64,000 bases of DNA from Sphaerodactylus townsendi. Its lineage: Eukaryota. Every line of letters begins with the position of its first letter. Position 1 is the stretch's first letter. The position numbers were made by a program, and so were the translations under genes. This document shows positions 13,057-23,586 of the stretch, one piece after another. The DNA lies in NCBI RefSeq assembly GCF_021028975.2, contig NC_059431.1:37696001-37760000 (forward strand), read 5' to 3'. Under the pieces are notes generated by a model, which saw nothing but the letters and a program-made list of their open reading frames with translations, did not search any database and was not told the origin of the DNA.

Positions 13057-15439
13057 TTACAAAGCTTTACAATCATTCTGTTCAGAAGATTTCCCCCAGC
13101 TTAATGGAAGGGGCTCTTCCACTAGTGGAAAAATCTCTTCCTCGGGAGGAATGCTTCAAAGTTAGCTGATTTGGACACAAGCCACTGTCTGTTTTATTCC
13201 TAACCTATTTCCTATTTCCTAGCACTAAATATACTTGATTGAACACTCAGCTCCTGATGTCCACCATTACGCCAAGATCCCTTTCATGGGCAGCTGCTAC
13301 CATTTCTTTCAGACCTGTAACATATGGTCCTCTTTCTCTGGAAACCATGTATTTTCCCCCTTTCCTGCTCCCTCCAATCCCAAGTAATACCAATGCTTTA
13401 TGCCTACTTTCATGGCTCTATTTTTCCACACTTCCTTCTACAAGCGTTCCTCCAAGTTAGTTTGCCAAGCCTCTCCTTAGGCACATTTCTCCTAATTCGT
13501 TTTCCACTCCAACTTCTCCCGTTCATCTCACCACAACAAAACAGCTTAAGTCATTCCCACTTCTATCCCCTGGATTGAGGGCACTTTGAAAGAGATTATC
13601 TTTGCATCTTGAATATCCCTGAATATTGCCAATAAATCAGTACACCGAGTGAAGGCACCCAACAGGCAAACCTGAGCACAAGGCAGGCAAAGCTCTCCAG
13701 GTGGACACTCTTTTTGCCCTTAAGAGCTCTAACTTGGCAGCGTGTTCATTTAAGCTTTGCCGTTAACGGTGGGAATCACCGTTGTTGCTATCCTCCCCCA
13801 CCCCGGTGTATAGTGGCATTAATTCTCATTTACAGTTTAACACACTGTAACATAATTTTCCCTTCCAACTGGCAAGGCTCAGAGAATAGGTGCCAAGAGA
13901 ATTTGCATAGCGTTCAATTAAGGGACCTGTAAATCTAGAGGCGTTTTGCAATCGTTTTCATGTGGCTGACTCATTAAAAGTGCACATCTTTATTCTGTAA
14001 CTCATTTTGTGTTCTTATGTTAAGTTATTGCACTTGCATACGGATAACTGAGTACAATGCACACAGAGATTTTCTTTGTTACAACAGCACATCACACGCC
14101 TGTACAGTTCCCTTTCGAAAACACACAGAAGTGGTTACTCAGGCCCAATTTAAATGTGACGGTTGTGAGACAAAAGAGCTTCCCGTGCAACTTTGTGCAG
14201 GCTCAGGGTCTTTTTTAAAACTATGCTGCTACCCAAGCAAAGCAGCGGCAATCTGCAAGGGCTAAGGATCTCTGACATGCAAACTAAGCAGAGAAAGTTG
14301 GGCAGGTTGCAGCATACTTTAACTGGGCCTATGCAATAAAAAAAATCTCCTTGTCTTGCCGGCACTGGGTTTAAATAAGACCTAAGAGGACTTCACTTGG
14401 GTAAGTACAAAACAGACCCCAAGAAGCAGTCTTCAACAAATACATGCCAAGTGAGAGTTTACAGAAGAATCTCCCTATCTCTGAGGTCCCAAACCTCAGC
14501 CACTTTCAAATTCAATTTGGAGGCACATTCTTACTCATTAAAAGGTTCACTTTCAGAATGTACACAAGACAAAGGCTCATACGATTTCATTTATAACAAT
14601 TGCAACTTGTTATAAATATGCTGCGTGGAATGAGCCAAAGTTACACAAACCCTCAGGAAGCCACCCAGTAAGTTTTTGTACAATAATATTTTTCAACTGG
14701 AATAAGGCAAATAGTAACTCTGGCAGCAAACGTCTGCACGCTTTCCTCAGAATACGACCTGCTGAATACAACAGAATTTCCACCCAAGTAAAAGCACACA
14801 GGATTACAGCTTTCGTCACAAAGAGATGTAGCAAACAGTCTCCTCTGAGGATTTAAAGGAGTGATCAAGTATTTGATGCTCCATCTCATGGCAAAGAATT
14901 CTAGCTCATTTCAAGGTCAAATTTTAAGACACGGCTACAGGAATTTGACAGGTATTGCTTTTTGGCAGGTGCAGAAGTAAACAGAAACATCAGAGATCAT
15001 TCAACAACTAAATGACAACAAACAATTTTGCCTACAATTGACTTAGCTTAAGCTGACAGATGGTAACTCCACCCTGTGCTGGAATACCTATCAGTAAATG
15101 CCCCTGGGGACCAAGGCAGGTGAGGACAGAGGTATAGGCCTACAAACCTTGGCCTCCAAACAGCCACAAGAAAATATAGAGCCATAAAAAATTCTTGGGA
15201 CTGCAAGTTCTTTCTGACTATAGCAAGGCCTGTCTGACCTTAACTAGTGGCACTTCATTCAGCTCTTCTGCAGGTTTATTCTGTTTTGCTGTCATTTAGA
15301 CACTAACTGATCCTCAGGTGTGTCTGGCGCGGATGGGAAAGGCATGACTGTCACCACCAAATCAAGATTAACACGTCTCCTTCAAGCACCAGCACAGACA
15401 AGCCCTAAATCAGTAGAATTAAGTTATAGCACCAGAGAA

Positions 15440-16098
15440 ATGGCCCAGGCCAATCCAATCTCTTCAGATGGCTGAAACTAAGCAGAGTCAACCCTAGCTT
15501 GTACTTGGATAGGAGACCCCCAAGGAATACCAGTGTTGCCTCTGGGGTTGTCGCCGCTGGAGATTTTGGGGGTGGAACATTGAGGAGGGACTTCAGCACA
15601 GTACAAGGCTATAGAGTCCACCGTCCAAAGCAGCTGTTTTCTCCAGGGGAAACTGCTTTGTTGTCTGGAGAGCCGTGGTAATACCTTTTCCCCAAAAATA
15701 AGACATCTTCTGAAAATAAGACGTAGTAGAGGTTTTGCTGAAGTGCTAAATATAAAGCATCCCCCGAAAGTAAGACGTAGCAAAGTTTTTGTTTGGAAGC
15801 ATGCCCGTCGAACAGAACACCAGAGCATGCAGCCGTGGAGCGGAAAAATAAGCCATCCCCTGAAAATAAGACATAGCACATCTTGGGGAGCAAAAATTAA
15901 TATAAGACACTGTCTTACTTTCAGGGAAACACGGTAGCAGGAATCTCCAGGTGCCACTTGGGGGTTGCCAGCCCTAGTTGCTATGCAGAGACAAGCCACA
16001 GCAAATCACAGCAAGCCACAGCAAGTCTGTTAGGCTCTTGCCTTGAAAACCGTACGGGGTTGCCCTAGGTCAGATGTGACTTGGCAGTACTTTACACA
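15440..16098 (+). mobile_element. 5S rRNA-derived SINE split by nested insertions
   Basis: 'gaaactaagcagagtcaaccctagcttgtacttggataggagaccccc' resembles the 5S internal control region; 3' half resumes at ~15978; uninterrupted relative at ~43170-43345. Confidence 0.65.
15684..15934. mobile_element. Tc1/mariner (Tc2/pogo-like) MITE
   Basis: TA on both flanks; TIR CC..TTTCCCC.AAAATAAGAC / GTCTTACTTTCAGGGAAACACGG; internal repeats of GAAAATAAGAC. Confidence 0.75.
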
Positions 16099-16799
16099 CC
16101 AGAGAAAGACAGTTGTTGCTCTAGTCCTGGAAAACAGTAAGCCTCCAAATCATATTTAACTTTTCAGGCAGGATCTAAAAGCTGTTTCCAAGCATATTGG
16201 AGAAAGTGCAACTACTAGAAATATCCTCTCTAACCATCTGTTGTTGCTATTCTGGATCCTCAAAACTAAATAAAAAGTTATTAACTTTCATAAGACCACA
16301 TTCTACAAGCCTTAACATGTCACAAAATCTTTCCATTGGGCATTTTTTTAAAAAAGGTTATTATTTTATAATAGACACACTCCTTCTCGCAAACACAAAA
16401 TACCATCATGTAGCCAGCTGAATACATTTCAGCTGAAGTTCATAACCAGGCATCCTTCTCTGATACCCCACTCTTTAACAATACACCTCTTGATGGCTGC
16501 CGCTTCTTTTCTCAAAGGCACAAACAGCCTGACATTCGACAAACGCATCTTTCCCTAGCCATTGAACGGCTACATCAGAAGACTGTCCCTGTTGAACTTC
16601 GGCACCTCACTCTTAAAGGCACAACAGCCTGAGAAGGGCGAGAGGGTCAGGCACCTGCTGGGTAAACCTCTTGGTAGTGCAAAAGCTAACGTTGCTACGT
16701 CCCAATATTCCTTACCCATAAACGCCCCCTACAAAATCCCGCGAGGAAGTAAGAAGGATGAAGAGAAAGAAAACCCATCACTTCGCCATTACCTGTCAT

Positions 16800-17260
16800 G
16801 ATTTGCCTCGACGGGGTGAGTTCAGACGTGCCCCTTCTTGATACGGCACGGAGCCGAGAGACTCGCGCTGCCGACCCCGAAGGTGAGCGCCGCAGCAACG
16901 CACCGCGCGCCCTCGGGAGCTTCTACCTGCCCAGCGCCTGCACCGTCGCGGCTGGTGCGGCTCCAGAGGGGAGGAGCGGAGCGCCGCCTAGTCAGACTGG
17001 TTGCTGCTGCTGCTGCTGCTGCGCGCCGCCAGGACCGCCTCGCAGGGCAGGGAGCGGCCGGGCAGGATCCTCCGCGTGGGAATATCTCGCCTCGCCGCGC
17101 TAAAGTAGCGCTGGCTGCAGCGGCGGCGGCGGCGGCAGGGAGGGCGAGCAGCGACCTCTAGTGGACGGCGCCCAGTTGCAGAACTTCGACTCAAGGTCCG
17201 AGCTACGAACCCCAGCTCGACGACGTCTTTCTTCCGTTCTTCGTGCTCGACCTCAGCTTA
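16800..17260 (-). promoter_or_regulatory. ARHGEF28: CpG island: probable ARHGEF28 promoter and non-coding exon 1 (candidate donor CAG|GTAGAA, exon ending at 16927)
   Basis: Strongly GC/CpG-rich segment 13.7 kb upstream of the ARHGEF28 ATG exon, with (GCA)n and (CCG)n triplets typical of 5' UTRs. The exon boundary is inferred. Confidence 0.7.
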
Positions 17261-17351
17261 GCATTTACTCCAACTTGAGGCCAGGTTGTGGATTTGCAGC
17301 GCTTCCTTTTTTTCAGATTGGATAGAATAGTAATCACTAAGTGGTCTTGGC

Positions 17352-17452
17352 AAAGGTGCAGAGCCCTTTTCACTACTAGGACTGGAAGCAGCCCAAAGGT
17401 GAAAGGTGTAGAGAGACCTTTTCGCTACTAGGACTGGAAGCAGCCCGAAGGG
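17352..17452 (+). repeat. ~50-bp tandem duplication upstream of the ARHGEF28 CpG island
   Basis: Two copies of aaaggtg.agag...ccttttc.ctactaggactggaagcagccc. Confidence 0.85.
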
Positions 17453-20400
17453 GAGGAGGTAACTACGAGGCGGCCTCCACTATCATCTCGCTTCTCAGTT
17501 TTTGCTTGAGCGTGGTGGATGTGCTTGTTCAACTCATGTTTCCGTCCAGATCGGTCCTTCCCTCCTCTCCTCCTTGAAAGTCACCCTTCCAACAGTGTGA
17601 AGACCCTGCTGGGGGGGGGGGGGGGGGGATGCTGCAAGAGAGCCAGAGCTGCCTGTAGGCCTTTTAGCCGCTTATCGTAGCTGATCAAATAGGGTTTTGA
17701 TGCGCCACAAATAAAACTTTGTAAAACCTGTTTAACTGGAGAAGGTGGAGGAACTGGAAGCAGCGCTGAGCGTGAGGTTCACATGTGCGACCATCGCTCC
17801 ATCGAGCTGCTTTCATTCCCCCACCCCCCGGGGCATGGCTCCTTCCTCCCGTTTCCCACGGGGTGCCGAGGCTACATTATTTGAAGATTCCTGGTTGTGT
17901 AGATTACAAACGAGCTAGGGCCCTGCTTCTTGGAGCAGCCGGCCCAGCGGATCTCCACCTGTGTTTCTACCCAGCTCTTCTCCTTCTCGACCCAATTCAG
18001 CATAGTTCATTAACCATTACCCTTCTTTATCTTCCCTCTTGATTGTTGCCCAGGACATTTGGATTTTTAAAGGCAGTAATGGAATCTAATTCACAAAACC
18101 AGCATCCACAACTGAATATTGGTTCATCCTTCCATATCAGCAGGAAGCGCCTCCAGGTTAAGGGATCTTTCTTTTTGGGATCATTCAGGGAAGCTGGCCC
18201 GTCCAACTCTTCTAACAATCAGAGCAAAGAGATTTTTGACAAACCTTTGCAAAGATGCTGGCCAATCCAAGTAACAAATTAATTTTTTTAAAAAACTACA
18301 ACCCAAAAACATGTTGCTTCCTGCTCATTTTGAAGAGCCAGTGATCTTCCTCAGTTGCAACCATGCCGCAAAGAACAATGTTCAGATTGATATTTGTGAT
18401 ATATACTGCCTGATCCTATGCATGTCTGCAAAGAATCCTACATTCCCTGTCTTGGGAGTAATCCCTATAGAACACAGTGAATATGCATAAGATTGGGCTA
18501 TAAATGCTGGCTTGTGCCCTGATATAAAAATAGAGAATTCAAGCAAGACACATGAGAAACTTTCTATGAAATACAACCTTTAAAAAACCTCAGGGCATGT
18601 ACACAACTACTTGGCACCTCCTCAGTCTTGCAAACTCAAATGTATACATAAACACACCAACTTTTCCCTATGCTATATTCCTAGTAATAATAATATGCTA
18701 TATTCCTTGTAATATAGGTAAGATCTAATATTAGTGGTAAAATCTGATATTAAAAACATAACATTCAGAAAGCAGTGGAAGAACATTTTAGCTGCCTTGG
18801 ACATACCATTTCTGATCCGGAAGTAACTGTTACCCCCCCCCCCCCCCCAAAGCATTCAAAGACAACATACAACACAAAAGTGCTGGATTATACATGCTGT
18901 CTCTCATCCTGCCTTGAGTCTTTGCTCACTGTAATTTCTATTAACTCAACAGGACTCATATTTCAGAGACTTCATGCTGTATCATACTTTACTTTTATTA
19001 GTCCATTTTTCCTCATGCTGCAGGCTGCTTCATCCTTCATTAAGCCGTTATCCTACTTCATTATATCTTTATTTATCAGTGCCCCTTAAAAGAAGCTGGA
19101 ACATCTGACTTCTCTCATCCATTATGTGTAAAACAAAATAATTTTGAATCCTTTACTCCAGCAATCCCACCAGCAAAATGTGAGCCAGAAAGCAAATCAA
19201 GCTTACTCTGCCCCCCACCCCCACCCCCCGGCTTCTGTGATTTTTATTATGAAAAATTTCCAAAATGGTTTCCTTTCCATAAGCATCTAAACAAGTGATT
19301 GAAGAAACCTCAGGCTGAAACAAATGTTGTACTTCTGTTTTAAAACTGTAGGTAGCCATGCTTTTTTAAAAGGGGCACCAATCAAGTTTTTAAGTTATCA
19401 CAATCAAATTAAATAATGCCCGTTACCAGATATAGATATCTTTTGAGATCCTGAAAAACATGTGAATTCTTCTACCTTCTAATAAACAGAAAGCTATCTT
19501 AAGGTCAACTCAGGTCCATGCAAGGGGTCTTACTCCCAGGAAAGCAGTGTTGCCTGGAAAAGCTCCTACCTGATGCAAGAAGGCAAGGCAGACTCCAGCT
19601 TTTCTTTATCATTCTCCCTGGAAACAAAACAGCCTCGAGTGTGCCCTCAACTCACAGGCCCACCCATTCCAAACTGGCCTCTGGCCATTAAGCAACTGGA
19701 GCTGATTCACCTGCCGATTAAGCTGCTGAATGCTTACAGTCTGACCAGAAAGGCTTGTGCCAAATTACAAACCATGCAAGGAAACTTCCAGCTTCACTTT
19801 CAAAGATTGTGGATCTTGAAACAGCTCTAAAGCTGTCACACTGGAATGGCTAGTCCTGATGAAAGCACAGCCAGCAAGCCAACAGTACACTTGGAAAGGC
19901 TTTCCCTGTGACTCTGGAGGTCTCTTGTATCCTTTATCTCCTGCTGAAACTGCTTGGGTTGTGTTTCATTAGCATCTCTGTATCACTGTGCTACAGGGAA
20001 GGGACGGGGAGAGAATTACACCACCTCTAAACGGGTCTCCTGAACTTTCTTTGCATACTTTGGTGTGAGATGAGCTGAGATGGATATAACATTAAGACAA
20101 TAAAATCCTCAGGACTTTTCTGGAAGCTACAATATTGTTAATATGGTGGGGATAAGAACCACTCATGAAATACGCCATTATGCTATGTGCTAACTGTATC
20201 AAGTTAACAGGCATCAGAGGGCTAGGTTTCATACTCAACCTGTGAGTATTCTGTTACTGCAGAACAGGGACATGGGTAGGGATAGTTAATTTCCCTCAGC
20301 TGTTATATACTTGCATACTTTGTATTTGTGACAATGCAAAGCTAGCAGTAATACTGCAGACAAAAACACAGTTCAAGTTGATAAAGATGTTATGCCCTTC

Positions 20401-22181
20401 AAAGGGCCATAAATGAAAGATGAAGCCAGTGTGCCTCCAGATGCAGTTTGTCACTGCGGTTGTGCAAGATTTACAGAGCTACCAACAATTTCCTGTTCCA
20501 CCCGATGATTAAAGGTATGGAAACCCTGCCCTCTGCTGTAGATGGCCACTCTGAAGTCCTCGAGGGCATCAACTGGTTTGGGAGTGCTCTCAAAATGCAA
20601 AGGTAGTTCTGCCTGTCATTTGCAGGGCTCACCACAAAACCTTAAGGTAACAGCAGCTTTTATCATACATTTGGCTAAGCAGAAAATCATCTTCTTTAAA
20701 ATAAAGTTTGCTTCTCTTGTGCACATAAGCAAGACACCGCTGCATTATTTGTGCATGATTTGGGGGATACATCAAGGAGACAGGGCAGCAACTTCCCAAC
20801 AGCACGCTGGGAATGTGTGCGAGAAAAAAAAAAATCAAAGCAGGCCAGATGACTTGGTTCCCTCCCATGTCAGCACTGCCTGGCTAGAAAACAAATCTCT
20901 GCATGAGAAACAGTCACATCACAAGTCCACCCACAGAGTTCATTCTTTCATGCATCATTTGCACGGGGGGGGGGGGGGGGGGGAACCAGCCTTGCTACTC
21001 TAGGTGAATGTGACTGTACCTTGGCATGTTCCTGCTACTTCTAGGATTGTAAATATGGAGTCAACAATAAATTGGTGGCAGTGGGGAGGGAGACGCGTGC
21101 CTGCAGGTGTACTCTCTTTCCAATAACATTGTGACCTGTAGCAACACTTCCTCTACTATTCCTCCCAGAGTAACTTCAGGAAATCCCTCTCAAATGAATT
21201 TGCCCTGAGCTCTTTAGGCACTGAAATGCACACAAGTGGCTTACAGCTTGAACATAATTTTAAAGATGACATAGCTACACCATTGATCTATTTCATTTGG
21301 AGTATTGGTCAAAAAAGAATAGAAACATTCCGCTTAACATTTCTGCCTGTGCAGGAGGGGCTAGCATTTTCCAATGATTTATACACACACAGAATAGTAG
21401 AGGAAGTTTTGCTACATTTTCCACTTTCCCCACCAGCTATTCCTGAGTGCTTTTCGTGCCCCAGGAAGAGCATGTCAGGATGCAAAGGCAGAAGGGAGAT
21501 GGAAAAGTCATACCCCTGCCATTCACAGGATCCCAGCTAAGTCCTCCAAAACACAGAAATAGTGTGTTTGCCAAATGAGAGAGGAAGGGGACTGGGTAAA
21601 TGCCCCAATGTGAGGCAGTTATACAGCATTCACATGATAGTGGACAGCAAGAACGCTCTTGGGAAAAGCAAGCTTCCCTTCTGTCTTATTCACCACACTT
21701 TCTGAACTGGACTTCAGGGCCAAGTACTAGATATCATGAAGGTTTTTTTAAACTTTCTAAAGTGAGAGATCTTTCATATACCCCTTATGAATGAATACTA
21801 TCATCTGCAAAGGGGTAAAATGGGCCCAACCATTAATCAAACCATTGATTCGGTTCATTCAAGGTCAGTATTGTCTAATCAGCTGGCAGCAGCTCTCCAG
21901 GGTCTTAGTATGGGTCTTCTGCATCACCTGCTACCTGGGACCTTCTGGTTGCAAGCAGATGTTCGCAGATGTTCTACCACAAAGCCATGGCCCCTCCCAC
22001 TGGAGGTACATCATGTCTGACAAAAAAATAACTACCCACTAAACTCCATTCTCAATCCTTTCAGCCAAGCCAACCGTTCTGTAGCCATGATATCTGAATG
22101 TTACAGATTTTGGGAAACACTAAAAACATAAGTCCATTCTGTGTAGCAACGGTGCTTATAGATGTTGAGTGGAGAAGCTAT

Positions 22182-22345
22182 CTAGTGACACAGTGTGTAA
22201 CAGACTTCTCTCTGTGATACACCTCTGAAGATGCCAGCCACAGATGCAAGCAAAACATTAGGAACAAGATCTACCAGACCACAGCCACAAACCCTGGAAA
22301 ACCCACAAGCAGTTGAAATCCGGCCGTGAAAGCCTTCGACAATAC
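22182..22345 (+). mobile_element. Penelope-like element terminal-repeat fragment with degenerate hammerhead motif
   Basis: cctCTGAAGAtgccagccacagatgcaagcAAAACattagg ... ccggccgtgaaagccttcgacaatac, a pattern typical of squamate Penelope termini. Confidence 0.7.
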
Positions 22346-23392
22346 AAATAAATTGTTCTGCCCACAAGAGTGCTCAATCAGATCCAAGCCACTGATCGTC
22401 CATTTTCACCTACACATTAGCCCTCTCTCTATTTCTTAAGAATGTACTTTATGGTAGTTGTTATGGTAGCAATAGTCACATTTTGAAACACAAATTTCTA
22501 CAGGCCCCAAACTATGCAACCTGCCAACTGAAGCACAGTATTACAAGGACAGACTAATTTTAAATTCCTCACATACCTGGCAATGAAAAACAAAACTTTC
22601 ACATGCCATCTGACAATTATGGCAAGATTATACAAAACTCAACACTTGGTTAAAAACTCCTGAATAATCACCGTGTTTGGCTGGTACAGAATATCACGTG
22701 ATAGAAAAAAAGGCATTTTTAACTTCATGTGTTTAAAACAAGTGCTGCAAGTTGGCTAACCAACTAGGATAAGAAAGAATGTGGCGCAAGTTGATGTTCA
22801 CATAAGCCCCTATTATTTACAATAGTATTCACTATGAAAACTAGATCTTGCATGAACAAAGACGCACACTGCAAAGATTATGGTGAACCCACACCGGTCC
22901 ATATTCCTGCACAATATTCACAGTGTATCTTTGATTGCCCACATCTAATTGGGTCTGACTCCCCACAAATAGTTTTGTGCAGGATAATTAAAAGGAAAAC
23001 AACACTGTCTAGTTTTGTCACATTTCTGCCACATTTATTCCAAGTTCAACTGGGAATTTAAGAGAAATCTCTTCAAGAAATCTGAAAAAATAAAATGAAG
23101 CTACGGGTTAATTTTTACATGTTTATAAGGGCATTTTTACGTGTTCATATAAATAAACTTTATACAACACTGGCATGAAATATTTTAAATAACTTTTGGA
23201 CCAAAAACTTGAAAAATATTTCCAAAGAGATTTTTTCTTCTTATTTCTGCAGTCACCAGTAGTATGCACTCTTCAACTTTTTTCCTGTTGTATGGGAGGT
23301 TTTTTGAAAAGTGTCACTGGAGAATATGAGAGTCAAATGCAATACATTCTGTGATGAAACTGTCCAACACTGTCATTGTTCGAGGAGTTAAT

Positions 23393-23586
23393 CTATACAC
23401 CATCCAGTCTATTCTCCTCCAGGGTAGCAGGCTTTTTTCTTGCCATTGTAGCAAACAGCGCATCCATCATCCCCAAGACTTCTAGCAGTTCCTCCTGGTA
23501 GTCAATCTCCTTTTCTACAATATTCTGAAGTTTCACAAACTGTTTATCAACAACAGCAGATTGTCCAATCACAGGCATATAAATAT
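23393..23586 (-). CDS. UTP15: UTP15 last coding exon ([17 protein letters not shown]...LEENRLDGV*)
   Basis: gccag|; TAG at 23395-23393; matches ORF 23393..23593. Confidence 0.94.

Noticed and set aside
12572-13169. 197-aa and other + strand ORFs with poly-V/L/C tracts
   Set aside because: Antisense shadow of the R4/Dong ORF plus the (GTT)n microsatellite.
15455-15535. 5S rRNA gene
   Set aside because: Partial, diverged and joined to a SINE body; not a functional 5S gene.
15700-15910. Spaced GAAAATAAGAC repeats resembling a CRISPR array
   Set aside because: Eukaryotic context, irregular spacing, and internal to a TA-flanked MITE.
16798-17194. GC-rich ORFs with poly-C/A/S tracts
   Set aside because: Stop-poor CpG island and triplet repeats; no recognisable protein.
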